64,000 nucleotides of DNA from Hydrurus foetidus (taxonomy: Eukaryota), in contig UYFQ01000006.1 in the NCBI GenBank assembly GCA_900617105.1, positions 372,001 through 436,000 on the forward strand, given 5' to 3'. This document shows positions 19,611 to 30,660 of this stretch, in pieces (position 1 is the first letter of the stretch; each line of letters opens with the position of its first letter). The notes beneath the pieces are model-generated. The model was not told the DNA's origin and searched no databases. It saw nothing but the letters and a program-made list of their open reading frames with translations. Both the position numbers and the translations under genes were made by a program.

Positions 19611-21479
19611 GTGCAAAGTACAAAATCCTCTCTAGCAGCCCTCACACTGAGCGCCATTGGCGTCGTTTACGGGGACATCGGCACCAGCGTCCTCTACGCG
19701 GTCAAAGAAGTCTTTGGCTCAGGGCACGTCCCCTTTACCCCCCAAAACATCTACGGCATCCTGTCCATCTTCTTTTGGACACTGACCGTCATCGTTTCGA
19801 TCAAGTACGTGGTGCTGGTTTTGCGGGCCGACAACCACGGTGAAGGCGGGCTGGTAGCGATGCTGGCGCTGGCGTCCAGCTCGGTGGCGGACAAACCCCA
19901 ACTGCGGCGGGTGTTGCTGGTTATCGGTATTTTTGGCACCTGTTTGTTCTACGGCGATGGCGTTATCACCCCGGCGATCTCGGTGCTGTCCGCCGTCGAA
20001 GGGCTGGAAATCGTCTCCCCCGCATTCAAACGCTACGTGATTCCCATCACGCTGGTGATTTTGTTTGGCTTGTTTTTGGTGCAAAAAAAGGGCACCACAG
20101 GCATTGGTAAATTTTTTGGCCCCATCACCCTGGTGTGGTTTGGTGTGATCGCGGTGCTAGGCATCACCCACATTGCGACGAACCCGGTCATCCTGAAGGC
20201 GATCAACCCGCTCTACGCGATTGATTTCATGTGGACAAACCCGCACGTCACCTTCATTATTTTGGGGGCCGTGGTCTTGTGCGTCACCGGTGGCGAGGCG
20301 TTGTATGCCGACATGGGTCACTTCGGCAAAAAACCCATTCGTGTAGCTTGGTTCACGGTGGTCATGCCCTCGCTGACGCTGAATTACTTTGGCCAAGGTG
20401 CGCTGCTGCTGGCCAACCCCGAAGCCGTCAAAAATCCGTTCTTTTTGATGGCCCCTGACTGGGCATTGATACCGATTGTGATTCTGGCCACCATGGCCAC
20501 GGTCATCGCGTCACAGGCCCTGATTACGGGCGCGTTTTCCGTCACCAAACAAGTGATTCAGATGGGCTATTTGCCACGCTTGAACATCGTTCACACCAGC
20601 GTGCGCGACACCGGGCAAATCTACATCCCGTTCGTGAACTGGGGGCTTTTTGTAGCAATTGTGGTGGCGGTGGGCATGTTCCGCAGCTCCAGCAATCTGG
20701 CTGCGGCTTATGGTATTGCGGTGTGTACCGACATGCTAATTACCACCATCCTCACCTTCTTTGTGATCCGCTACGGCTGGAAATACCCACTGTGGCTGTG
20801 CATCGTTGCGACCGGCTGGTTTTTCATCGTCGATTTCGCCTTTTTTGCGTCCAATTTAATGAAGTTGACCGACGGCGGTTGGTTCCCGTTGCTGATCGGC
20901 GGCGCCATCTTTATGCTGATGATGACCTGGAAGGAAGGCCGCCACCTGTTGGGCACCGCCCAACGCGCTGATTCGATGGAACTGAAAGGTTTTTTAGAAG
21001 CTGTGTTTGTCAGCCCACCTGTCCGCGTCGAAGGTACTGCCGTGTTTTTGACCAGCGAATTGGGCACCGTACCTAACGCGCTGCTGCACAACCTGAAGCA
21101 CAACAAAGTGCTGCACGAAAACAACCTGTTCGTCACCGTGTGCAGCCACGAGGTGCCTTGGATTGGCATGGCCAAACGGGTCGAAATCGAATCGCTGGGC
21201 CACCAATGCTGGCAAGTCATCATCAACTATGGCTTCAAAAATGACCCCGATATCCCCAAAGCCCTGGCCCACATCAAGGGCCGAGGCTGCGAGTTTGAAC
21301 CCATGAGCACCAGCTACTTCCTCTCGCGCGACACGGTGATCCCCACCATCGGCAGCGGCATGGCCCCGTGGCGCGAAAAGCTGTTTGCGCAGATGCACCA
21401 CAACGCCAGCGCAGCGGCTGACTTTTTGAACCTGCCCAGCAATTCAGTGGTGGAATTGGGCTCAAAAGTTGAGATTTAA
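19611..21479 (+). CDS. kup: Potassium uptake transporter
   Basis: [44 protein letters not shown]. Confidence 0.96.
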   Translation: MQSTKSSLAALTLSAIGVVYGDIGTSVLYAVKEVFGSGHVPFTPQNIYGILSIFFWTLTVIVSIKYVVLVLRADNHGEGGLVAMLALASSSVADKPQLRRVLLVIGIFGTCLFYGDGVITPAISVLSAVEGLEIVSPAFKRYVIPITLVILFGLFLVQKKGTTGIGKFFGPITLVWFGVIAVLGITHIATNPVILKAINPLYAIDFMWTNPHVTFIILGAVVLCVTGGEALYADMGHFGKKPIRVAWFTVVMPSLTLNYFGQGALLLANPEAVKNPFFLMAPDWALIPIVILATMATVIASQALITGAFSVTKQVIQMGYLPRLNIVHTSVRDTGQIYIPFVNWGLFVAIVVAVGMFRSSSNLAAAYGIAVCTDMLITTILTFFVIRYGWKYPLWLCIVATGWFFIVDFAFFASNLMKLTDGGWFPLLIGGAIFMLMMTWKEGRHLLGTAQRADSMELKGFLEAVFVSPPVRVEGTAVFLTSELGTVPNALLHNLKHNKVLHENNLFVTVCSHEVPWIGMAKRVEIESLGHQCWQVIINYGFKNDPDIPKALAHIKGRGCEFEPMSTSYFLSRDTVIPTIGSGMAPWREKLFAQMHHNASAAADFLNLPSNSVVELGSKVEI

Positions 21480-21525
21480 GTCGTTTATCAAATTCGTTTA
21501 AGCCGTTCTAGGCAGAGGATCAGGT

Positions 21526-22707
21526 TTGCGCTTCTTCAAGGACATCTCCCTCTCTGCCTTCACCGCAGGCTTCGTCGCCGTACTGGTCGGTTTCACCAGC
21601 TCCGTCGCCATCGTCTTCCAGGCCGCTCAGGCCTTCAACGCCACACCCGCGCAAACCAGCAGCTGGATGTGGGCGTTAGGCTGGGGCATGGGCCTGTGCT
21701 CGCTGCTGCCCTCGCTGTGGTGGCGCAAACCTGTGATGGTGGCTTGGAGCACGCCCGGCGCTGCGGTGCTGGCAACTGCTGGGCTGGCCGGTGGATTTTC
21801 AATGGCCGAAGCCGTGGGTGCCTTCATGGTCTGCGCGGCGCTCATCACGCTGGCAGGGGCGACCGGTTGGTTTGAAAAAATTATGGGCCGCATCCCCATG
21901 GCGATTGCCTCAGCATTGCTCGCAGGCGTGTTGGCACGCTTTGGCCTGCAAGCCTTCATCGCCGCCCAAACCGCGCTGGGTTTGGTGGTGGTGATGCTGC
22001 TCAGCTACCTCGTCGGGCGGCGTTGGGTGCCCCGCTACGCGGTTCCCATCACGCTGCTGGCCGCTGTTGTTTATGCCGCTGCTAACGGCCAAATGGCAAG
22101 CTCCAACGTCACATTGTCATTGGCTATGCCTGTCTTCACTGCCCCAGTGTTCACACTCAGCGCGGCCATCAGTCTGGCGCTGCCGCTGTTTGTGGTGACG
22201 ATGGCCTCGCAAAATCTGCCCGGTGTCGCTGCGATCAAAGCCGCAGGGTACGACTTGCCCCTCTCGAAACTTATCACCCTCACCGGTGTGGCGACGCTGG
22301 TGCTGGCTCCCTTCGGTGCCTTCGCACTGAACCTCTCCGCCATCACCGCCGCCATCTGCATGGGCCGCGAAGCCCACGCCGACCCCGCCAAACGCTACAC
22401 CGCCGCCGCAGCCTGTGGCGCGATCTACATCGTGATCGGTATTTTTGGCGCAGCCGTCACAGGCCTGCTGACCGCCTTCCCCAAAGAACTCGTCGCCGCC
22501 ATAGCCGGGCTGGCGCTGCTGGGCACGATTGGTGGCGCGCTGTCTACCGCCGTGCAAGAAGAGCAACACCGCGAGGCTGCGCTGATTACCTTCCTGGTCA
22601 CGCTCAGCGGCGTGGTGGTGGCAGGAGTGGGGTCAGCGTTTTGGGGCCTGGTAGCGGGCGCAGTGGCGCTGGGGGTACAGCGGGTGGGGCGAGGCAGTCA
22701 GCGTTAA
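21526..22707 (+). CDS. benE: Benzoate/H+ symporter BenE family
   Basis: AWSTPGAA, TMASQNLPG, NLSAITAAIC motifs; TTG start. Confidence 0.85.
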   Translation: MRFFKDISLSAFTAGFVAVLVGFTSSVAIVFQAAQAFNATPAQTSSWMWALGWGMGLCSLLPSLWWRKPVMVAWSTPGAAVLATAGLAGGFSMAEAVGAFMVCAALITLAGATGWFEKIMGRIPMAIASALLAGVLARFGLQAFIAAQTALGLVVVMLLSYLVGRRWVPRYAVPITLLAAVVYAAANGQMASSNVTLSLAMPVFTAPVFTLSAAISLALPLFVVTMASQNLPGVAAIKAAGYDLPLSKLITLTGVATLVLAPFGAFALNLSAITAAICMGREAHADPAKRYTAAAACGAIYIVIGIFGAAVTGLLTAFPKELVAAIAGLALLGTIGGALSTAVQEEQHREAALITFLVTLSGVVVAGVGSAFWGLVAGAVALGVQRVGRGSQR

Positions 22708-22737
22708 TTGTTCATTTCGTAGCCAAAAGGCTACAAT
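22708..22737 (+). promoter_or_regulatory. Putative promoter/operator of the TA module
   Basis: TTGTTC-N18-TACAAT overlaps the palindrome GTAGCC-AAAA-GGCTAC (22719-22734). The ATG is 6 nt after the -10 box, suggesting a leaderless mRNA. Confidence 0.6.
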
Positions 22738-22743
22738 TTATCG

Positions 22744-23064
22744 ATGTACAACGTCGTTGAAACCGAAAAATTTACCCAATGGCTATTGGGTTTGAAAGAC
22801 CGGGTAACGCGAGCGAGGCTTCAAATTCGATTGCGCAAAGCATCGCTCGGTAACTTGGGTGATGTTCGGGCTGTGGGTGAAGGCGTATTTGAAATGCGCG
22901 AATTCTTTGGCCCCGGCTGGCGCATGTACTACGTGGAGCGTGCCGGAACGCTCATTCTCATGCTGGGCGGCGGCGATAAATCCAGCCAAGCCCGTGACAT
23001 TGAACTGGCCCATAACCTCCTCAAGGAAATAAACCATGCTGAAAATCAAAACCCGTCAGTTTGA
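22744..23064 (+). CDS. RelE/HigB-family addiction module toxin
   Basis: GNLGDVRAVGEGVFEMREFFGPGWRMYY...GGDKSSQARDI. Confidence 0.88.
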   Translation: MYNVVETEKFTQWLLGLKDRVTRARLQIRLRKASLGNLGDVRAVGEGVFEMREFFGPGWRMYYVERAGTLILMLGGGDKSSQARDIELAHNLLKEINHAENQNPSV

Positions 23065-23368
23065 CATGGCCAATTACCTGCAAGATGAGGCGGATGTCGC
23101 TGAATATCTGCGCCAAGTGATGGAAGATGGCGATGCCGCCTTATTAGCTGCCGCACTGGGGGATATCGCCCGCGCTCGCAGCATGACCCAACTCGCTAAA
23201 GACACCGGCCTCTCGCGCGAGAGCCTGTACAAAAGCCTCTCAGGTGAACGCGCTCCCAGCACCGATACCCTGTTCAAGGTGATGCGGGCGCTGGGGTTTA
23301 AATTGACGGTGGAAGCGATAGCGCCCATACAAGCCACATCACCACAGGCCGCTGGCGCTCATGCCTAA
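23036..23368 (+). CDS. HTH addiction module antidote protein
   Basis: FDMANYL...ALGDIARARSMTQLAKDTGLSRESLYKSLS; overlaps the toxin gene. Confidence 0.88.
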   Translation: MLKIKTRQFDMANYLQDEADVAEYLRQVMEDGDAALLAAALGDIARARSMTQLAKDTGLSRESLYKSLSGERAPSTDTLFKVMRALGFKLTVEAIAPIQATSPQAAGAHA

Positions 23369-23395
23369 AACTCACACAACTCACCGAGATATCCC

Positions 23396-23622
23396 ATGCT
23401 GCGAAGCTACAGCGCTCAACGCAATGGTTCAGAACTCACGTGGCTGGACAGCCCACCAGCCCAACTCAACAGCACACGTGTACTGGTTGTGATTGATGAC
23501 GAAGCCCCCCAATCATGCCGAGCGCAGCACAGCCGGTGTACCCACTGAGCGATTTGGTCGGTCGTCTGCAATGGCGAGGCGACGCTGTTGCCCTTCAACG
23601 TGCGCAGCGCGATGCTTGGTAA
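23396..23622 (+). pseudogene. Antitoxin-like gene, frameshifted in a C6 run
   Basis: Adding one C at 23505-23510 joins MLRSYSAQ...VIDDEAP to ...LVGRLQWRGDAVALQRAQRDAW-stop, which overlaps the toxin ATG. Confidence 0.6.
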
Positions 23623-24012
23623 GCGTTACCAGCTGGACACCAACGCCGTGGTTGCTTTGCTGCAAGGCAACCCTGCACTGCTGGCATACACCACATCGGC
23701 TACATGGCTGGGTGTATCGGTTGTCAATGTGTTGGAGTTTTAGGCTTTGAAGGGCTGACCCCACTTGATCGCCATGTGTTCACACAGTTCGTATCGCGGG
23801 TCACAGTGGTGGATGTGGCCCACTGCAACACGCTCTTGATGGCGCACATCACCGATCTGCGGCAGCGCAAGGTATTGAAGCTTCCCGATGCCATCGTCAT
23901 GGCTAGCGCAGCCCTGCACCAAGCCACTGTACTGACGAACGATGCGCAATTGCTCAAGTTGGCAGCGACCGATTCGGCTTATGCGGCTATCGGTTTTGCC
24001 ACCACTGCTTGA
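23612..24012 (+). pseudogene. PIN-domain (VapC-like) toxin, frameshifted in a T4 run
   Basis: MLGKRYQLDTNAVV...VLEF. Adding one T at 23738-23741 continues into LKLPDAIVMASA...LTND. Confidence 0.75.
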
Positions 24013-24035
24013 CGCTTACTTCGCCTCACGCCCCA

Positions 24036-25211
24036 TCACTTAATCCACAACCGCACCGCATCCCAAGCCCGGCCCAAAATACCGGCTTGCTCTACACCAT
24101 CTAACGCAGTCAGTGGCACGTCCAGCATTGGCGCGTCGCCCACGCTGATTTTCAAGCTGCCTACCGTTTGCCCTTTGGTGAAAGGGGCGACCAGCGGGTC
24201 GGGGCGTGACACTTGGGTTTTCACTTTGGTGGCTGTGCCCGCAGGCACGGCTACCACGATGGCTTGGGGTCGGCCCAGTTTCAGGGTGTTTTCTTTGCCT
24301 TTCCACACCGCAGGGGTGGCCACGGCTTGGCCGGGGTCGAACAGTTTGACGGCCTCAAAAGCGGTATAGCCCCAGTTCAGCAGTTTTTGTGATTCGTTAG
24401 CGCGAGCGCTTTCGCCGCTGGTGCCGAGCACGATGGACAGCAGGCGGCGTGGGCCTGCGGTGCTTCCTACGCCCAAGTTAGGAAATTCGCGCTTGGCGGT
24501 GGCGATGAGGCAGTAGCCTGCGGCATCGGTGTGGCCGGTTTTCAAGCCGTCCACGGTCGGGTCACGGAACAGCAACAGGTTGCGGTTGTTGTCGTTAGTC
24601 GATGGCGTGCCGGGGTAACGGTATTTTTTGATCGCGTAGTAGGCCACGAAATCCGGGAAATCGGTCATCAGGCGGGTGGCGAGGATGCTCAAATCTCGTG
24701 CGGTGGTGGTGTGCCCGGCCACGGTCAAACCTTCAGGATTTTTGTAGCTGGTAGCTTTCATGCCCAGTGCTTTGGCTTGCTCGTTCATCATCTCGACAAA
24801 ACGCTCGACCGTGCCACCCACGCCCTCAGCCAGCGCGATAGTCGCGTCGTTGCCGGATTGGACGATCATGCCTTTGATGAGGTCTTCCACAGGCACCATC
24901 ATTTTAGGATCGATGAACATGCGCGAGCCGGGCATCTTCCAGGCACGCTGGCTGACGGGCAGGGTCTGTTTGAGGGCGATTTTTTGGCTACGCAGCGCGT
25001 CAAACACAAGGTAAGCGGACATCAGCTTGGTGAGGGATGCGGGCTCGACCGGGCTGTCGATGTCTTTTTCAGCCAGCACCTGGTTGGCCGTCACGTCCAA
25101 CAGCATGTAGGTGCGGGCAGCAATTTCCGGCGGCTGGGGGGCTTGGGCGAAAGCTGAGTGGGAAGTGAGTGCCGTGAGGCAAAGAAAGACAGAGCCAACA
25201 ACGCGGCGCAT
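24036..25211 (-). CDS. D-alanyl-D-alanine carboxypeptidase (PBP5/6 family)
   Basis: ASLTK (SxxK), SGN, KTG motifs; signal peptide. Confidence 0.93.
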   Translation of the reverse strand: MRRVVGSVFLCLTALTSHSAFAQAPQPPEIAARTYMLLDVTANQVLAEKDIDSPVEPASLTKLMSAYLVFDALRSQKIALKQTLPVSQRAWKMPGSRMFIDPKMMVPVEDLIKGMIVQSGNDATIALAEGVGGTVERFVEMMNEQAKALGMKATSYKNPEGLTVAGHTTTARDLSILATRLMTDFPDFVAYYAIKKYRYPGTPSTNDNNRNLLLFRDPTVDGLKTGHTDAAGYCLIATAKREFPNLGVGSTAGPRRLLSIVLGTSGESARANESQKLLNWGYTAFEAVKLFDPGQAVATPAVWKGKENTLKLGRPQAIVVAVPAGTATKVKTQVSRPDPLVAPFTKGQTVGSLKISVGDAPMLDVPLTALDGVEQAGILGRAWDAVRLWIK

Positions 25212-25308
25212 GAGGGAAGCGAGAACAGGCATGGGTAGGACCAAAACAGAGACCAAGAAAAAGGCCGAAAAAGGGCCAAAAAAGAGAAAACGACAGAAAA
25301 CCGTACAG

Positions 25309-25950
25309 CTACACCGCGCTGAGGTGGCGGACCACCAAGCTTTTCAGCAGAGGCAATTGTCCGTGAAAGAAATGCCCGCCTGCGGGCACCACGGTGACGG
25401 GCAGCACCTGGGGCCGCGCCCAGTCCATCACACTGGCCAGCGGCACGGTGTCGTCTTGCTCGCCGTGAATGACAACGCTGCGTTCGTGGGCATCGGCAGG
25501 CAGGGGGGCCACGTCAAAGCGAGAAGCCGCTGTACCCACCAAAACTATCTTTTCGATAGCGCGAGATGCCCATAACGCCTGCACAGCATGTGTGGTAACG
25601 AAAGAGCCGAACGAAAACCCAGCCAGTGCCAGCGGGCCATTGGGCGCGCGTTGAGCGACCACGGCCAGCAGGTCTTGCAGCTCGCCACGGCCTTCGTCGT
25701 AAGTACCGGCGCTGGCCCCCACGCCTCGGAAGTTAAAGCGCACAGCTGTCCAGCCGCACTGCACAAAAGCACGGGCCAGGGTTTGCACGACTTTGTTGTC
25801 CATCGTGCCGCCAAACAGCGGATGCGGATGCGCGATGACGGCAACGCCGCGTGGGGCGGTCAACGTATCAGGCAAGCTGGCCACGTCTTGCAGCGCTTCG
25901 ATCACGCCTGCGGGGCCGCTCAGGCTCAGTTTTTGGGTAGTGGCGTTCAT
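25309..25950 (-). CDS. Alpha/beta hydrolase
   Basis: HPHPLFGGTMDNKVV, GFSFG nucleophile elbow, GHFFHG. Confidence 0.9.
   Translation of the reverse strand: MNATTQKLSLSGPAGVIEALQDVASLPDTLTAPRGVAVIAHPHPLFGGTMDNKVVQTLARAFVQCGWTAVRFNFRGVGASAGTYDEGRGELQDLLAVVAQRAPNGPLALAGFSFGSFVTTHAVQALWASRAIEKIVLVGTAASRFDVAPLPADAHERSVVIHGEQDDTVPLASVMDWARPQVLPVTVVPAGGHFFHGQLPLLKSLVVRHLSAV
25544..25597 (-). repeat. 54-bp bipartite motif inside the hydrolase gene
   Basis: TACCACACATGCTGT GC AGGCGTTATGG GC ATCTCGC GCTAT CGAAAAG ATAGT. Confidence 0.65.
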
Positions 25951-25962
25951 GCCGATGTCCTC

Positions 25963-26364
25963 TCAGCGGCCCAGGTGCTGGGGCACCCGCAGGCGCTCGA
26001 CCACATGGCCGTTTTTGAGGTGCGATTCCACAATCTCGTCGATGTCATGGTTGTCCACAAAGCTGTACCAGACGGCTTCGGGGTAGACAACGGCGACGGG
26101 GCCTGCGGCGCAGCGGTCCAGGCAACCTGCTTTGTTGACCCGCACTTGACCGGGGCCAGACAGGCCTGCCGCTTTGACGCGGGCTTTGCAATGATCGAAC
26201 CCAGCTTGTGCGCCATGCAAGGCACAGGCATCTTCACCGGGTTTGCGTTCGTTCAGGCAAAAGAAAATATGGCGCTCGTAATACGAAGGCGCAGAGGAAG
26301 AAGTTGAGGGAGGAACTGACAACGGCGCAGGCGCGGCATCAGTATTGGGAGAGATTGGCGGCAT
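25963..26364 (-). CDS. Thioredoxin-like [2Fe-2S] ferredoxin
   Basis: HIFFCLN...C...GCLDRC...VYPEAVWY. Confidence 0.88.
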   Translation of the reverse strand: MPPISPNTDAAPAPLSVPPSTSSSAPSYYERHIFFCLNERKPGEDACALHGAQAGFDHCKARVKAAGLSGPGQVRVNKAGCLDRCAAGPVAVVYPEAVWYSFVDNHDIDEIVESHLKNGHVVERLRVPQHLGR

Positions 26365-27604
26365 CTTGAGATTCTGGTTGGGCAGCATGGGCGATGGGCG
26401 GCAGTGAAGCCGGTGGCTGCAATTTTAAAAGCCGGTCTTCGGCACGCCGCTTGGCGGTGAGGTTTGTTTTGTTGTCCCGGTAAGAGATAAGACCCAGCAC
26501 GTAGCCCAAAGTTGCATACGGCCACAGCCACCCCAGCCATTGCGCCAAACCGTTGAAGCGGATAAAGCGCCCGGTCTCCCAGGTTTGCAGCGTCTGGGCA
26601 AAGTAGGCGCTGGTGGGTGCTTGGTTCAGCATGCTGGCGTGCAGCACCAAGGCCAGCAGTAATAAGCCGGTACAGCCGGCACGCGGCACAGACAGCATCA
26701 GAACCGCCAGCACAGTGCCGATGACCAGGCCCACTTGCACGGGCAGCACCAGCCACGCCCACGCGTGCGAAGGACCATAGCTGAGCGCCGCCGACAGCGC
26801 CGATGCCGCAGCGGCCATCGCCAACAAAGCCACCAAAAAGACACCGCGCCGCCACAGTGTGGTGATGATGCTGTAGCCCAGCAAGCACGGAATCAGCAGC
26901 CCCAGCATCACACACAGCATTTCCACACCGGGTACCAGGGGTTGCAGCTCTACATCGCGCACAGGCAGCCATGCCAAAAAAGGCGTGTTGTCGAGCAACT
27001 CGGCCAAGCCTTCTTCCAGCCGCTCCATCACCTGCCCCAGCCCCAAAGGCACCGCAGCAGGAAACAACAAGGCGAACGGCCACAGCAGCAGCAGCACCAG
27101 CGCACCTCTGGCCTTGGGCACAAACCAGTTGGCGCGAAAGCGGCTCCAGCGGTCAATGGCACCCAGCTGCTCCAAGAGCGTCGCCACAATGGCCCCCAGG
27201 CAGCCGCCCAAGGCATTCAGCATCAGGTCAATGTTGGACGGCACGCGCACCGGCAGGTAGGTTTGCAGCGCCTCCATCGCCAACGAGAGCGCCCCAGCGG
27301 CCAGCGAGGCCAGCACCATTGCCCTCACGTTATGGCCGGGTTTGGTGCTGCGCAGTCGAGCCAAACAAAGCAAAAAACCCAGCGGAGCGTAGCCCACCAA
27401 GTTAGTGACGACATCGAAGCCTGTCCAGTACTGTGGCGGTGAGCCTACCAAAAATACCCAAGGGGCAATGCCTTGTGCGCGCCAATCCGTGAAAGGGTAC
27501 AGGCTGGCGTACACCACCAAACCAGCGTACATCCACGCCAGCGGCCAAGCGGATGTTTTATGGATGAGCAAAGGGGGGGCGGTTAGCGAGGCCATAGCCT
27601 GCAA
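26339..27604 (-). CDS. VanZ-domain membrane protein
   Basis: DVVTNLVGYAPLG, EALQ...RVPSNIDL; multiple TM segments. Confidence 0.8.
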   Translation of the reverse strand: MQAMASLTAPPLLIHKTSAWPLAWMYAGLVVYASLYPFTDWRAQGIAPWVFLVGSPPQYWTGFDVVTNLVGYAPLGFLLCLARLRSTKPGHNVRAMVLASLAAGALSLAMEALQTYLPVRVPSNIDLMLNALGGCLGAIVATLLEQLGAIDRWSRFRANWFVPKARGALVLLLLWPFALLFPAAVPLGLGQVMERLEEGLAELLDNTPFLAWLPVRDVELQPLVPGVEMLCVMLGLLIPCLLGYSIITTLWRRGVFLVALLAMAAAASALSAALSYGPSHAWAWLVLPVQVGLVIGTVLAVLMLSVPRAGCTGLLLLALVLHASMLNQAPTSAYFAQTLQTWETGRFIRFNGLAQWLGWLWPYATLGYVLGLISYRDNKTNLTAKRRAEDRLLKLQPPASLPPIAHAAQPESQDAANLSQY

Positions 27605-27654
27605 GCATCTGCGTCAAAGCGACGTGAAGGTTGACGTGACGATGGAAACCAAGG

Positions 27655-28083
27655 TCAAAAAGGTTTGACCACCACCAAAATCACCGCCACCAGCAACAGC
27701 AGCACGGGTACTTCGTTGTACCAACGGAACCACGTATGGCTGCGCTTGTTGGTGCCTGCCACGAATTTACGCAGCAGTGACGCACAGCTGTGGTGGTAGC
27801 CCACAGCCAGCAACACAACCAGCAACTTAGCGTGCATCCAGCCATTGCCTGGCCCACGCCCTATGCCGTAGCCCAGCCACAGCACCATGCCCAACACCAA
27901 AGCGGGCACGGCCAGCAGGGTCGTGAAGCGAAACAGCTTGCGGGCCATCAGCAGCAGGCGGTCGCGCTCGGCAACAGAGTCCGCTGGCACTTGGGCCAGA
28001 TTAACAAACAGCCGAGGCAGGTAGAACAGACCAGCAAACCAGCTGGCGACGAAAACGATATGAAGAGATTTAATCCAGAACAT
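27655..28083 (-). CDS. hemJ: HemJ-like protoporphyrinogen oxidase (UPF0093)
   Basis: WIKSLHIVFVASWFAGLFYLPRLFV, WMHAKL, RWYNEVP, VVVKPF. Confidence 0.75.
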   Translation of the reverse strand: MFWIKSLHIVFVASWFAGLFYLPRLFVNLAQVPADSVAERDRLLLMARKLFRFTTLLAVPALVLGMVLWLGYGIGRGPGNGWMHAKLLVVLLAVGYHHSCASLLRKFVAGTNKRSHTWFRWYNEVPVLLLLVAVILVVVKPF

Positions 28084-28124
28084 GGCCCTAGTTTAGGCCG
28101 TGTTGGCCCAAAAATACTCAGGCG

Positions 28125-28222
28125 AAAAAAAACCCCGGTCATCAGACCGGGGGTGAGAAGCCATTATGTTGTTACACAGTCCGGCCCCGCTCAGGGAGGA
28201 AAAGCGGGAGATAGCAAGCTAC
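28125..28222 (-). ncRNA. anti-hemB-like small RNA
   Basis: Opposite strand just upstream of hemB. Hairpin CCCGCT-TTTCCTCCCTG-AGCGGG and intrinsic terminator CCCCGGTC-TGAT-GACCGGGG-T8. Position and architecture fit the betaproteobacterial anti-hemB motif; 5' end approximate. Confidence 0.65.
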
Positions 28223-28237
28223 CCGCCGATAATGTAA

Positions 28238-29345
<1,108 letters not shown>

Positions 29346-29347
<2 letters not shown>

Positions 29348-29399
29348 TCCTGAATTGATAGCTTCATGTGCTTGTAATACCAGCACGTTAGGCTGTTTT
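29346..29399 (-). repeat. 54-bp bipartite motif at the hemB 3' end
   Basis: AAAACAGCCTAACGT GC TGGTATTACAA GC ACATGAA GCTAT CAATTCA GGATT. Confidence 0.75.
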
Positions 29400-29423
29400 T
29401 ACTTTAAAAACACGGGCACACCC

Positions 29424-30554
29424 ATGCGCATCTTTTGCATCAACGGCAGCAGCATCACCGAAACCGATGCGCTGCCAACCCTTCTGCCCGAAGGCGCGTA
29501 CTGTTGGATCGCCTGTGCCCGGCGTGAGTTTGAAGTGCAGCAGGCCCAGGTGCAAGCCACGCTGCAGACCCTGTGCGGTACAGCGCTGGTCGATTTGCAC
29601 ATTGCCGATTTACTGAACAACCAGCTGCCCTCGCACTACGACTACACCTCGCAGTACGACCTGCTGGTCTTCCGCCGTTTGGCCGCAGGCCAGCATGAAA
29701 CCGACTTGAACCAACCCGGCATTCCTCTGCACACCAGCGCAAATGCAACCGGCAACAGCCTAAAGCGCAGCGGCCCACCCGTGCTGCACCGCATCGACAC
29801 CAGCCCCGTCGGTTTCGCGATTTTTGACCGTGTTTTGCTCACCGTCCACCCCGCCGACTGCGCAGTGCGCGACGCTTACGCCAGCAAACTGCTGCACGCC
29901 GTCAGCCCCGAATCTCGCGCTGCCGGTGTGCGCCTGCCCACCAGCCCGCCTGACCTGATGCTGCGCATCGTTAACCAAATGGTGGACGGCTACCTGGAAT
30001 TGCGTCGTGAACTCACCCACCAGCTTGACCACTGGCAAACCGAGCTGCTCGACCCCAGCGGGCGCTTCAACAACTGGAAGCTGATGCTCGACACCCGCTT
30101 GTCGCTGCACATGCTCGATGAAATCTGCGAAGACCAGCGTGCCGCCGTGCAAGACTGGACAGAAGCGCTTGAAACTTGGCCCGATGGCATCACCCCCGCC
30201 ACCAAACGCGAACGTGAGCTGCTCAAAGTGCGCAGCCGCGACGTGCTGGAACACATCGAGCGCGTCGTCCACCATGTGCGCCGCCTGGAGCAAAGCGCAG
30301 AAACCGCCGTGCAAATGCACTTCAGCGTACAGAGCCACCGCACCAACGACATCATGCGCACCCTGACCGCGCTGACCGCTGTGTTTTTGCCGCTCAACCT
30401 TATCACTGGTTTTTTTGGGATGAATTTTGATTTTTTACCGTTGATTCACACGGTAACAGGTTTCTGGTCGGCAGCAGCAGCTATGGTATTGGTAGCAGCA
30501 GGATTGTGTTCTGTATTCTGGCGCAAACGGTATTTGGCGCGGACGGGACGCTAA
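29424..30554 (+). CDS. CorA-family divalent cation transporter
   Basis: C-terminal FLPLNLITGFFGMNF (GMN) and two TM segments. Confidence 0.88.
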   Translation: MRIFCINGSSITETDALPTLLPEGAYCWIACARREFEVQQAQVQATLQTLCGTALVDLHIADLLNNQLPSHYDYTSQYDLLVFRRLAAGQHETDLNQPGIPLHTSANATGNSLKRSGPPVLHRIDTSPVGFAIFDRVLLTVHPADCAVRDAYASKLLHAVSPESRAAGVRLPTSPPDLMLRIVNQMVDGYLELRRELTHQLDHWQTELLDPSGRFNNWKLMLDTRLSLHMLDEICEDQRAAVQDWTEALETWPDGITPATKRERELLKVRSRDVLEHIERVVHHVRRLEQSAETAVQMHFSVQSHRTNDIMRTLTALTAVFLPLNLITGFFGMNFDFLPLIHTVTGFWSAAAAMVLVAAGLCSVFWRKRYLARTGR

Positions 30555-30660
30555 GCCCATTCAGATAAGCACCAACTCAGCAAGTATGGGATGCTATTTT
30601 CAACAACAAGTTAGCATTTTAATTTGTGAAACGGGTTTACAAGCAGGCAGAGCTTGACAA

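Noticed and set aside
27582..27635. Further partial matches to the 54-bp motif (also near 4885, 23986, 30593, 38390, 40290, 41815, 44946)
   Set aside because: Only one half-site matches or the GC pair is out of register; indistinguishable from chance without a PWM.
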